Assembly: GCA_039714075.1 (NCBI GenBank)
Contig: JBDLKA010000003.1
Span: 29,417 to 93,416 of the forward strand
DNA length: 64,000 nt
Source of the DNA: Candidatus Krumholzibacteriota bacterium
GTDB lineage: Bacteria; Krumholzibacteriota; Krumholzibacteriia; LZORAL124-64-63
Direction of reading: 5' to 3'
Part shown: positions 18,567 to 28,107 of the stretch, piece after piece
How the letters are laid out: every line of letters starts with the position of its first letter
Position numbering within the stretch: position 1 is the first letter of the stretch
The notes under the pieces: model-generated
The model's database searches: none
What the model saw: the letters and a program-made list of their open reading frames with translations, nothing else
Told to the model about the DNA's origin: nothing
Made by a program: the position numbers and the translations under genes

Positions 18567-20414
18567 ATGAAATCAGAACACCGAAGTCGTGCCTTGATCA
18601 CCTTGGGGCTGTTTTTTGCTCTCACCTGGGCCTTGCCCCAACCGGCTTCAGCCGAAGTCCTGATCAAGGTCACGCCCGGAAGCAAGACCGCGGAAATCGG
18701 CCAGGATATGGTCCTGGGAATTGAAGTTGTTCCCCCGGCAGGCACGGCCCTTCTGGCCGAAGGCCTGGTGATCGAGGTTGCGCAGGAAGGTGGCTCCAAT
18801 TTTTTCGGCACCCCCTACCCTCTGAAGACCCTGTCCGCAATTGATGAGCCAGCGAAGGCCTACCAGGGGACAGCCATTTTTGAATGGGCCGCTCCGGTTG
18901 GGGCCGATGTCGAGCCCCTGTCCGCCGAGCTCATTGTCACGGTGCGCGCCACCACCACTTCCGGGACCGCCGAAACCGGCCGCTGGTCGGGAACCATGGA
19001 AGTGGGCTACGGGGAAGAGTGGTCCGCCGACCGGATCAGCGATTTCATCGCGCGCAAGGGCATCGGTTTTTTCCTGGTGCTGGTGTTCGGCTTCGGCCTT
19101 CTGATGAGCCTGTCCCCCTGCATCTACCCCATGATCCCCATCACCCTGGCGGTCATCGGGGCCCAGAGTCAGGAAAAGGGGGCCATGCACGGCCTGATCA
19201 TGTCCGTCACCTATGTGGTGGGCATGGCTTTCGTCTACGCCATCATGGGCGCCCTGAGCGCGACGGTTTTCAGCGGGATCACCGCCTTCATGCAAAGTCC
19301 CGTGGTGCTGGTGCCCATCGCCGTCCTGCTGCTGGTACTTTCCTTCAGCATGTTCGGCGCTTTTGAACTGCAGGCGCCCGCTTTTCTGCGGGACCGCCTA
19401 CAGGGTCCCGGCGCGGGCAACCGGGGCGGACTGATCGGCGTTTTCGCCATGGGTCTGGTGGCCGGGCTGGTGGCCTCGCCCTGCGTGGGGCCCTTTCTGG
19501 CCGCTCTTCTGGTATGGGTCGCAACCACGGGCGACTGGATCCTGGGATTCCTCTCCCTGTTCACTTTCGGCATGGGCATGGGTCTGCTGCTGATCGGAGT
19601 GGGAACCTTCCCCGCGCTGCTGGGCAGCATGCCCCAAAGCGGCGGCTGGATGGACACCGTCAAGAGGGGAATGGGCCTGCTGCTGGTGGCCATGGCCTTC
19701 TATTTCGTGCGGCCCGGCAGCGTGCTCCCGGCCCACATCTTCTATCCCCTGGTCGGAGTCACCACCATCCTGACCGCGGTGTTCATGGGGGCCTTCGATT
19801 CCCTGGCGCCGGAAGCCGGCTGGTGGCCCCGCACCCTCAAGGGTTTGGGCCTGGTGACCTTCGTGGCCGGGTTGTTTTTCCTGGGGGGATCATTCCTGCA
19901 GCACGGATTCCTGATGCCTTCCCCCCTGGCGGAAAATTTCGCACAACCCGTCAAGGAAGGGAAAGGCCCCGCGGCGACCACGGTGGTTTCCACCGGGAAT
20001 GACGGCCCGGGCGAAACCGAGGCCGCCCCCCTGCCCGAAAAGGTCCAGTGGACCAAAATCCACACTGGCGAAAAAGTGGAATCCTTCATCGAGGCCAAAA
20101 GAGCGGAGGCCAAAGCCGCCGGTCGCCCGGTGATGATCGATTTCTGGGCCAAGTGGTGCGTCTATTGCAAGAAGCTCGACAAGCTGGTCTGGAATGTTCC
20201 CGAAGTGGTGGCCGAAGCCCAGCGGTTCGTGGCCATCAAGGTCGACGCCACGACGGCCGACGACGAGGAAATGACGAAGATCAAAGAGGAGTTCAAGGTG
20301 TCCGGCCTGCCCCGCGTCATTTTCATCGACAGCCGGGGCGAGGTTCTCCATGGGCGGTCCGCGGGCTGGAAACCGGCGGACGAGATGCTGGCGGTCATGA
20401 AAAGTATCCGCTGA
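18567..20414 (+). CDS. DsbD-like membrane thiol:disulfide interchange protein
   Basis: Signal peptide, SPCIYPMIP and ASPCVGP TM cysteines, C-terminal WCVYC thioredoxin domain. Confidence 0.9.
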   Translation: MKSEHRSRALITLGLFFALTWALPQPASAEVLIKVTPGSKTAEIGQDMVLGIEVVPPAGTALLAEGLVIEVAQEGGSNFFGTPYPLKTLSAIDEPAKAYQGTAIFEWAAPVGADVEPLSAELIVTVRATTTSGTAETGRWSGTMEVGYGEEWSADRISDFIARKGIGFFLVLVFGFGLLMSLSPCIYPMIPITLAVIGAQSQEKGAMHGLIMSVTYVVGMAFVYAIMGALSATVFSGITAFMQSPVVLVPIAVLLLVLSFSMFGAFELQAPAFLRDRLQGPGAGNRGGLIGVFAMGLVAGLVASPCVGPFLAALLVWVATTGDWILGFLSLFTFGMGMGLLLIGVGTFPALLGSMPQSGGWMDTVKRGMGLLLVAMAFYFVRPGSVLPAHIFYPLVGVTTILTAVFMGAFDSLAPEAGWWPRTLKGLGLVTFVAGLFFLGGSFLQHGFLMPSPLAENFAQPVKEGKGPAATTVVSTGNDGPGETEAAPLPEKVQWTKIHTGEKVESFIEAKRAEAKAAGRPVMIDFWAKWCVYCKKLDKLVWNVPEVVAEAQRFVAIKVDATTADDEEMTKIKEEFKVSGLPRVIFIDSRGEVLHGRSAGWKPADEMLAVMKSIR

Positions 20415-20420
20415 CCCCGG

Positions 20421-21260
20421 CTACTGGAACCGTACTTCGGATCGATAGTCCCCGTCGAAAACCTTCAGGGGGCCGTTGCCCGGGTTTTCGGTCAGGATCT
20501 CGGGCATCCCGTCCCCGTCGATGTCCAGCAATTCTATCTTGCCGAAAAACGGCTCGTCTTCCCACTCGATATCCCCGGAGACCGAATCGACCACCTGGCC
20601 GGAGTTCAGGACGATTTCCACCCGGCGGTCGCCGTCGATATCCCCGCACCGCACCTGGGTGGCCGAGTATTCGTTGATGCTGGTGAAGTCCTTGGTGAAA
20701 TTGGCGCCGTCGACGTAGACGATGCGGTTGTCCGCCACCATGACGATTTCATTGGCTGCATCATCGTCCATGTTGGCGGTGGTGAAACAGGAGACGGTCT
20801 CGTATTCCCCCGGCAGCGATTCCCACAGCAGGACATACCCGTCCATGGCCCAGGCATACACCTTCCCGTTGCTGGTCCGGCAGAGAATGCCGTCCTCCAG
20901 GCCGTCACCATCCAGATCCGCTGTAATGACTTCGTCGGGAATGCCGCTGAGCTGGATGCTCTTCCAGACCCTGCTGACACCCTGGCCGTCCATCTTGGCC
21001 ACCTGGACGGTGCCGAACCTCTCGCCGATGGCGAAGAACATTCCCTCTTCACCGTGGATGGGTTCGAACTTGGCGACATGGTTCACCCGGTCGGCCGCCC
21101 AGGACAAGGTGCGGTACTGGGAGTAGGACAATTCCCCCGCGGCACGGGCCATCCCGGGTCCGGATCCCAGCAGGGCGAGGAAGGCAAACAGGACCGTCAG
21201 GAAAACCATACGGGCGGCAGGCACACGCCACGCCGGTAAAACGCCACGAAAGATCAGCAT
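20421..21260 (-). CDS. Secreted FG-GAP/VCBS-repeat protein
   Basis: Signal peptide; repeats ADLDGDGLED, ANMDDDAANEI, GDIDGDRRVEI, LDIDGDGMPEI. Confidence 0.75.
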   Translation of the reverse strand: MLIFRGVLPAWRVPAARMVFLTVLFAFLALLGSGPGMARAAGELSYSQYRTLSWAADRVNHVAKFEPIHGEEGMFFAIGERFGTVQVAKMDGQGVSRVWKSIQLSGIPDEVITADLDGDGLEDGILCRTSNGKVYAWAMDGYVLLWESLPGEYETVSCFTTANMDDDAANEIVMVADNRIVYVDGANFTKDFTSINEYSATQVRCGDIDGDRRVEIVLNSGQVVDSVSGDIEWEDEPFFGKIELLDIDGDGMPEILTENPGNGPLKVFDGDYRSEVRFQ

Positions 21261-21645
21261 GAAACACCTCAGTGCGGAAAGCCGTGCGGGGTCCGGCAGA
21301 CCCGGGGCGGCACGGCGGGTTCATCAGGGGGTGACCCGATCAATATAACCCACTCGGGCAGTCCGGTCATGTATTTCAGTGTTGTCGAATCGATTCGGAC
21401 TACGGCCAGGCGAGTCGTCGGCCCGGGGCCGGCTGGTGTCACTGAAACCCGAACCCAGACCCTGGAACAGGTTGACCTCGGTGCGGCCGGTGCCAGACAA
21501 AGTTCTTTGTTGACCAGTCAACTTGCTGCCATTAAATAATATATAAATACTGGTGACCACCCCCGGTGCAACGGGGAAGGGAATTCGCATGGAGGGCTGA
21601 AATGATGGCTGAAAAGCGCGCACCCGGCACCGAAGCGGACCAGAC

Positions 21646-22296
21646 GTGAAAAACCCCATTCCCGACCCCGACCTGGGCGATCCCCCCGACAGCTATCTGA
21701 CCCTGGCTGAAGCCGCGGAAGTAGAGCTGAAAGTTCAACGGTCCCGCTTCGTGGCCCTGGCCGTTCCGGTCACTTCGGCGGCGGAAGCCCGCGTCCGTCT
21801 GGAGGAAACCGCCCGGCGTTACCATGACGCCCGTCATGTCTGTTACGGATACCGGCTGGGTGTGGGCCGGGACATGGCCACCCGCAAAAGTGACGACGGT
21901 GAACCTTCCGGCACGGCGGGCGAACCGATTCTGGCGGCCATCGGCAAGTTGGATCTGACGGACGTCCTGGTGATGGTGGTCCGATATTTCGGAGGGATCA
22001 AGCTGGGCACAGGTGGTCTGGCCCGGGCCTACGGCCGGGCGGCCGCCGAGGCGCTCAGCCGCGGCACCATTCGTGAAGTCCCGCTGGGCCGGGAGTTTGT
22101 CCTGGATTTTTCCTACGCCCAGGAAAAGACCGTCCGCCGCCTCCTGGAAAGCTGGCGGGGCCGTCCCGTCGCTCAGGATTACGGGGAGAACGTCCGCTGG
22201 CGCATCTGGCTGCCCCACTCCGCCTGGCGGGGTTTTGCCGGATCCCTTACCGAACAAACCGCCGGTGCGGTTGTCCTGGAAGAAGCGGACTGCTGA
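21646..22296 (+). CDS. YigZ/IMPACT family protein
   Basis: SRF, ARH, DDGEPSGTAG, RYFGGIKLGTGGL. Confidence 0.93.
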   Translation: MKNPIPDPDLGDPPDSYLTLAEAAEVELKVQRSRFVALAVPVTSAAEARVRLEETARRYHDARHVCYGYRLGVGRDMATRKSDDGEPSGTAGEPILAAIGKLDLTDVLVMVVRYFGGIKLGTGGLARAYGRAAAEALSRGTIREVPLGREFVLDFSYAQEKTVRRLLESWRGRPVAQDYGENVRWRIWLPHSAWRGFAGSLTEQTAGAVVLEEADC

Positions 22297-22305
22297 TTTC
22301 CCAAC

Positions 22306-22338
22306 AAAAAAAGGGCCCCGGTGCCACCGGAGCCCTTT
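22306..22338. terminator. Intrinsic terminator, stronger on the minus strand (sigma gene)
   Basis: AAAAAAAGGGCCCCGGTGCCACCGGAGCCCTTT hairpin. Confidence 0.7.
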
Positions 22339-22397
22339 CCCATTCGCCCGCATCCATTTATTTGGGCCGGTGACGGTATGCCGGCCTTGCCGTTTCG

Positions 22398-23438
22398 CTA
22401 GACGGTCGTCTCCTCGGCGTAATCCTGCATGTACCGGAAGGCCTTGCTCTGACGGATCTTCTCGAAGGCCTCTTCCTTGATCTGCCGGATCCGCTCGCGG
22501 GTCAGGCCCATGATCTGCCCGATTTCCTCGAGGGTCATTTCCTGGTCGCTGCCCAGGCCGTAATACAACCGCAGGACCTTGGCCTCGCGCTCTTTAAGAT
22601 CACCCAGCATGCGGCCGATGCTCGAGTTCAGGTCATCGTCCAGAACCTTGTTGTCCGGACCGACGCTGGTGGTGTCCTCGAGGAAGTCCAGGTAGGTGCT
22701 GTCCTCGTCGTTACCCACGAAGTCATCCAGGAAGAAATTGTCCTGCATCAGGGGAAGGGTGTCCTTCACCTCGTCGATGGACAGGCCCAGAACCTTGGCG
22801 ATTTCCTCGGGCTCGGGCTTGCGGCGCAGCTTCTGCTGCAGTTCGCCGCTGGCCTTCTTGATCTGGTTCAGCACGCGGGCCCGGTTCAAGGGCATGCGCA
22901 CGATCTTGCTGTGGTTGGCCAGCGCGGCCAGGATCGACTGGCGGATCCACCACACGGCGTAGCTGATGAACTTGAAGCCGCGCGTCTCGTCAAACCGCTG
23001 GGCGGCCTTCAGGAGCCCCAGGTTGCCCTCGTTGATCAGATCTTCCAGGGGTACACCGTAGTGGGCGTATTCCTTGGCGATCGAGACCACGAACCGCAGG
23101 TTGGCCTTGACCAGCTTGTGCAGGCTTTCGCTGTCGTTGGAATGGATACCGCGGGCCAGTTCGCACTCCTCGGCCCTGGTCAGCAGCGAGTAGGCCTTCA
23201 CTTCCTGGAAATAGAGATCCAGGGTGCTCATCAACTGGGCGGCCGGAGCCACTTGGTCGGAGCTGACCTTGGCCGCTTTGGTTTTGGCGGCTTTGGTTTT
23301 GGCGGCCTTGGTTTTGGCGGCCTTGGTTTTTGTGGCCTTACCTTTGGCCGCTACCTTGGTCTTGGCGGCAACCTTGGTCCTGGCGGCTTTATTGGTCCGG
23401 GCGGTGGTCTTCTTTTTTTCGGTCTTGCTAACAGCCAT
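22398..23438 (-). CDS. RpoD/SigA-family sigma70 factor lacking acidic region 1.1, with a Lys/Ala-rich N-terminal tail
   Basis: ANLRFVVSIAK, DLINEGNLGL, FKFISYAVWWIRQ, TLEEIG...TRERIRQI. Start ATG 23438 with GGAGAGG. Confidence 0.93.
   Translation of the reverse strand: MAVSKTEKKKTTARTNKAARTKVAAKTKVAAKGKATKTKAAKTKAAKTKAAKTKAAKVSSDQVAPAAQLMSTLDLYFQEVKAYSLLTRAEECELARGIHSNDSESLHKLVKANLRFVVSIAKEYAHYGVPLEDLINEGNLGLLKAAQRFDETRGFKFISYAVWWIRQSILAALANHSKIVRMPLNRARVLNQIKKASGELQQKLRRKPEPEEIAKVLGLSIDEVKDTLPLMQDNFFLDDFVGNDEDSTYLDFLEDTTSVGPDNKVLDDDLNSSIGRMLGDLKEREAKVLRLYYGLGSDQEMTLEEIGQIMGLTRERIRQIKEEAFEKIRQSKAFRYMQDYAEETTV
23268..23330. repeat. 15-bp coding tandem repeat, (KTKAA)x4
   Basis: TTTGGCGGC(C/T)TTGGT-type units read directly. 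Confidence 0.85.
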
Positions 23439-23841
23439 TTCAATTTCCTCTCCGGGTAATCCTGCATTTTTTTCCGGACGCGTTATCCCCCGGGTCATGC
23501 TTTGTTGTCGTTTGGGGGCAAACCCGTACCCAACCAATAACAATATCTGTACCATAATTTCGAAAAATCTAAACTTCTCGACGAATCTCTATTGTATTAC
23601 ACTCCAATGCTTTACAAGATGACGAAATCTGTTTTTTCGCTAACGGGGTCCAAAATTCCCTTCTTTCTTGACAATTTGTCAAGACCGTCCCTGCCGGGGA
23701 CGTCACTTTGTCAAATTTTTTTTGGAAATAATTGATATCCGGTCCGCCTCAATAGGCAGTTGGGCAGAAGCTCCTTCATGGGATATGATGATGATTCGTC
23801 AGGCCACCCGTCAAACCCGAACATCCCCACGGGAGCGATCC

Positions 23842-26034
23842 ATGCCGGCAAATCAAGGCCCCACCGTGACGGACTCCCAATCCGCGCCGAGGCCGTCATC
23901 CATCTGGTGGGGGGCACCCGCCCTGTTGATTCCCCTTCTAACGGGCGTTCTCCTGTCCTGGCACAGCCTCGGGGACTACGATATCTGGTTCCACCTGCGG
24001 GCCGGACGCGATCTTCTGGAAGGTCAGGGAGTGATCGCCACCAATCTGCACTCCTTCACCGAACCGGACCACCCCTGGGTCAATCATGAATGGATGTTCC
24101 AGGCTCTGACCGCCCTGACCGGCCCACGATCCCCGGATTCAGCCTCCAGCGCGGCGCAGCCGGATGTGCTGGGCTGGCACCTGACAAGGTCCCTGCTGAC
24201 ACTCCTGCTGTTGTTGACCCTTATCGGGGGTGACGGCGGCTGGGCGAAGTTCCGCGGCCGGGCGGGGCCCGTCGTGGCGGCCTGGTCGGGAGTGCCGATC
24301 CTGGCCGCCCTGATGCTGATCTGGCCCCGATTGACAATCCGTCCGGAATTGTTCTCCTACCTGTTTTTCGTGGTCCTGGTCAGGGGCACCGAGAGGGTTT
24401 TTCGCGGATCCCAAACCCCATCCGGAAGTGGGTGGCCACCGGTGGTCCGCATTTTTCTGCTTACGGTGGTCTGGGCGCAATTCCACGGGTTCGCCGCCCT
24501 GGTTCCCGCCGTCCTGCTGCTGGCCTGGATCCTGACCCCCATCCAATCACGCGTGGAACATCACAGAACCTTCCCTGATACCCAAGGACCACCTCGCTGG
24601 CGTGGAGCCGCCTTGATCGGGTTGAGTCTGGTGGCCCTGACCCTGACGCCCAATGGCTGGAACGGCCTGTTGATGCCCCTGCGGGCCCTGGGGCAGTTCT
24701 CCCAGGATCAGGTGGATCTGCGCGCCACGATCTCGGAGCTGGTTCCCCTGCAGGATTCCCCCAATTCGTTGGCCTTGACCATCACCGCCTATCGCGTCTG
24801 CCTGGTCTGGGGATTGATTTGGATCATCGGCACCTGGGGGCGGGTCAGCCTGCTGCGGATCATCATCTTTGCCCTGGCCGGATGGGCCGCCTGGAACACG
24901 CAGCGCAGCAGCGGTTTTTTCGGCCTGGCCTTCATCCTGCTTCATTCGGGAGCAGGCACCCGCCCCTGGCGCTTTTCCCTGCCGGGGCGAGTGACGACCC
25001 GGCGACCCACGGCAACCGCCGTTGTGGGGCTGGCCCTCACTTTCCTGGTTGCCGGCATTTTCTGGCCCCGGATCGTCAATGACGACTTTTATCTGCAGGA
25101 AGGCGTGGGACGCCGCTTCGGTGCGGGGTTGGCGCCGGCACACTACCAGATCGGAGCCGCCACGGCCCTGGCCTCTCACCGGAACCCGCGGGTTTTCGCC
25201 AACCTGGACGCGGCCGGGTTTCTTTTGGCAAACACCTCCGCGCGACCGTTCATCGACGGGCGGACCGAAGCCTATTCCGCCGACCTCTGGAACGAATACC
25301 ATCGCATCAGGAAAGCCGATGACCAGTCACTGCAATTGCTGGCCCAACGCTCGGTGGAATGGGTCTGCCTGGCAACAGGTGGCGGCGCCTTCATACCGTT
25401 GGCCGAAAAGCTGCTGGTCTCTCCCGCCTGGAAGCTGGCGGTGGCGGAGGGAGCCGGGCTTTTGTTCCGCCGTACTGATGAGGCCGGCGATCCCCCGGTG
25501 ACATCGGCCCGGGACCAGAGCGGTTTGCTGGTCCGGGCCGCCCGGGATATTCGTTCCCCCGACGAAAAGGAATCCCCCACCCGCAAGGCCGACCTGTGCC
25601 TGGCCGCGGGCCGCCTCTACAAATTCGCCGCGGATCCCGGACCGCGGGAGGAAGTCTATCGGCTGGGGCTGGAATTCAAAGGCAACCACCCGAACCTGAA
25701 TCACAATCTGGGCAACCTGCTGCTGAACCGGAATGGGTTCAAGGAGGCCCTCCCCCTGTTCACGACCGCCCTGGAAGTGAACCCGCGGCTGGTCGGCTCC
25801 GCCCTCAACGCCGGAGTCTGCCAGATGCGGCTGGGGCGTCCTGCGGACGCCGTGGACTCATTCCGCCGGGCGGTTTCCCTGGACCCGGACCGGTTCGAGG
25901 GCTGGGTCAATCTTGCCGCCGCCTACCAGGGATCCGGAAATCGGCAGGGAGCGGTCTCGGCCTTGAAACGGGCCCTGGAAATCAGGCCGCGTGATTCACG
26001 GCTGCAGAAGCGATTGCGGGAATTGGGCGGGTGA
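23842..26034 (+). CDS. Polytopic membrane protein (GT-C-like motifs) with C-terminal TPR repeats
   Basis: DYDIWFHLRAGR, WVNHEW, RPELFS, WAQFHG, FIDGRTEAY, many TM helices, TPR tail. Start ATG 23842 with GGGAG. Confidence 0.65.
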   Translation: MPANQGPTVTDSQSAPRPSSIWWGAPALLIPLLTGVLLSWHSLGDYDIWFHLRAGRDLLEGQGVIATNLHSFTEPDHPWVNHEWMFQALTALTGPRSPDSASSAAQPDVLGWHLTRSLLTLLLLLTLIGGDGGWAKFRGRAGPVVAAWSGVPILAALMLIWPRLTIRPELFSYLFFVVLVRGTERVFRGSQTPSGSGWPPVVRIFLLTVVWAQFHGFAALVPAVLLLAWILTPIQSRVEHHRTFPDTQGPPRWRGAALIGLSLVALTLTPNGWNGLLMPLRALGQFSQDQVDLRATISELVPLQDSPNSLALTITAYRVCLVWGLIWIIGTWGRVSLLRIIIFALAGWAAWNTQRSSGFFGLAFILLHSGAGTRPWRFSLPGRVTTRRPTATAVVGLALTFLVAGIFWPRIVNDDFYLQEGVGRRFGAGLAPAHYQIGAATALASHRNPRVFANLDAAGFLLANTSARPFIDGRTEAYSADLWNEYHRIRKADDQSLQLLAQRSVEWVCLATGGGAFIPLAEKLLVSPAWKLAVAEGAGLLFRRTDEAGDPPVTSARDQSGLLVRAARDIRSPDEKESPTRKADLCLAAGRLYKFAADPGPREEVYRLGLEFKGNHPNLNHNLGNLLLNRNGFKEALPLFTTALEVNPRLVGSALNAGVCQMRLGRPADAVDSFRRAVSLDPDRFEGWVNLAAAYQGSGNRQGAVSALKRALEIRPRDSRLQKRLRELGG

Positions 26035-26090
26035 CATGAGGCAATGGAACCACCGGGCCCGGCCATGGACCGGACCCGGTCTCAAATCAT

Positions 26091-27512
26091 TTAGAACTTA
26101 ACCTGGACCGTATATTTAAGGACCGTTTCCCCGTCGGCGGGCACCGGCACGTCAAACGCCAGTTCCTGCGCGCTCACCTTCCGGTGGGGATGGGATTCCT
26201 CGACAACTTCCCAGAACCCTCCCACCGGCTCGCTAACTTCTACAACCACTGCGTCTTGGCGATGATTCCTGATAGTGACCTCGAACGTGGTCCGGTAAAG
26301 ATTGTCGGCCAGCTTCTGACTGTCGGTCCGGACTCTTTCGGCCACGATGTCGAAAGCGTTGCCCACCGTCAAATCGATGGTCTCCTTGGTGGGCGTGTGG
26401 TCGATGCGGTCTTCGCCTAGCAGTTGCCGCGCCCCGGAGGACGACAGGCCGTAAACCCGGAACACGCCCGCGGGCAACGCCATCCCCAGCTTGTTATCCT
26501 TCGTGTTCTCGAAGCTGTAGCTGACGCTGACCTTCGATTTTTCAGCCAGGCGCCCGATGCCCCTGAAATGATGGGGCCGGGCCCGCAGCCGGTAGTGTTT
26601 CGTAACCTTCAGACCCGACACGTCGAAAAGCGAAATCTGTTTGATCTGTTTGTCCAGCAGGTCCGTCGGCCGCTGCAGGGTGTACATGTGATAGTCGTAG
26701 AGGGTCTCTTCCTGGAAGCGCGCGCCCGCAGGGGTCGCCAGCGCCTTATCCATCGACATCATGGTGTCCATGGCGGGCCGGACCTGATTGATGTCCCCGG
26801 CCACCAGCAGCAGGTTGGCCTCCCGGTAGGAGGCCCCGGTCCGGTTTTCAACGGTGACCCAGGCCTGCAGACCGGCCTTGGCACCCTTTTCATCCAGCTG
26901 CAGCACATAATCCGCATGCCAGGAAAATCCGCCCGTCAGGTAGGATGTCTCGACCTCCGCCGCGCCCCCCTTCGCCGCCTCGGCCAACCAGACCAGCGTG
27001 GGCCGCGCCCGCAGGTTTTCCGGCAGGTCCGACAGGGCCAGGCGACCCGGCATCTCGAAGACGATCTCCTCGTCCACCCGGTACACGGGACCGTTACTCA
27101 TTCCCAGGAGGGTTCCGGTCCGGCGCGAACCGTCCTCCTGTATCCAGGACAACTGCCGGCCAACGTACTTCTGCAGGATCTTGTCGGGGGACATGAGATC
27201 GAATTCGTAATTCTGTTCGTGCAGTACGAGGCCCGTCTTTCCGGACGACGAGACCAGCAGGGTCACCGGATTGATGCGGGACGGCACGTCCCTGAATTCA
27301 AAGGAAAATTCACCCCGGGGAAGATCCACCCGCCTGATTTCGCGCACCAGGGCCAGGTCCCGGTTGTAGACCGTCACGTCGATGCTCGAGCGGTCACCTT
27401 GCCCCGAAGCCACCAGAGGCAACTCCCCCGCGGCCACGAAACCCGCCCCGCCCGTAAGCAGGGCACAGGTCAACAAAAGGCATCCCAATAAGTTAAACGG
27501 CTTGGCCATCAT
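26091..27512 (-). CDS. Secreted DUF4139-domain protein
   Basis: Signal peptide, VTVYNRDLALVRE, EQNYEFDL, SYLTGGFSWHADY, GEDRIDHTP. Start ATG 27512 with GGAGG. Confidence 0.8.
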   Translation of the reverse strand: MMAKPFNLLGCLLLTCALLTGGAGFVAAGELPLVASGQGDRSSIDVTVYNRDLALVREIRRVDLPRGEFSFEFRDVPSRINPVTLLVSSSGKTGLVLHEQNYEFDLMSPDKILQKYVGRQLSWIQEDGSRRTGTLLGMSNGPVYRVDEEIVFEMPGRLALSDLPENLRARPTLVWLAEAAKGGAAEVETSYLTGGFSWHADYVLQLDEKGAKAGLQAWVTVENRTGASYREANLLLVAGDINQVRPAMDTMMSMDKALATPAGARFQEETLYDYHMYTLQRPTDLLDKQIKQISLFDVSGLKVTKHYRLRARPHHFRGIGRLAEKSKVSVSYSFENTKDNKLGMALPAGVFRVYGLSSSGARQLLGEDRIDHTPTKETIDLTVGNAFDIVAERVRTDSQKLADNLYRTTFEVTIRNHRQDAVVVEVSEPVGGFWEVVEESHPHRKVSAQELAFDVPVPADGETVLKYTVQVKF

Positions 27513-27593
27513 GGCGAAAACCTCCGGTTGGGGACGAAAAAGCTGCGGCACACCGACAATTTCCCTGAAATAGGCCGTTACGGCCATTCAATC

Positions 27594-27620
27594 TAAAGTC
27601 AAAGACGGTTCGGACGATCA
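27594..27620 (+). promoter_or_regulatory. Sigma28-type promoter upstream of the CheY-like gene
   Basis: TAAA-N15-GACGATCA. Confidence 0.5.
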
Positions 27621-27718
27621 TTCTGTTGACCCGGATGTTTCGGGTAAACAGAAAAAAATCACCAGGGTGCCGGAAATTTCAACCCGGCCACGACCTGTAA
27701 TGTCACTTTTGGAGGTGC

Positions 27719-28099
27719 ATGTTGGGCCACACCATCCTCATCGCGGACGACGCCGAATTCATGCGGGACATGCTCCGCCAGATCATCGAGGACATGGGTT
27801 GGACCGTGGCTGGTGAAGCCGGTGACGGGACGGAGGCCATCACCCAATACCGGAAAATAAAACCCGACCTGCTGCTACTGGACATCACCATGCCCAACCT
27901 GGACGGCACCCAGGCCCTGAAGACCATTCTGGCGGACGACCCCCACGCCCAGATTGTCATGATCACGGCCCTCGGTCAGAAGGACCAGGTTCTCGACGCC
28001 ATCAAGGCCGGCGCCAGGGATTTCATCATCAAGCCCTTCGATCATGACCGGGTCGCCGACACCCTCCACCGGATCCTCGCCCCCAGTCCGGTTGCCTGA
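27719..28099 (+). CDS. Single-domain response regulator, CheY-like
   Basis: ILIADDAEFMR, LDITMP, MITALGQ, DFIIKPF; GGAGG SD. Confidence 0.88.
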   Translation: MLGHTILIADDAEFMRDMLRQIIEDMGWTVAGEAGDGTEAITQYRKIKPDLLLLDITMPNLDGTQALKTILADDPHAQIVMITALGQKDQVLDAIKAGARDFIIKPFDHDRVADTLHRILAPSPVA

Positions 28100-28107
28100 C
28101 GCCCTCT

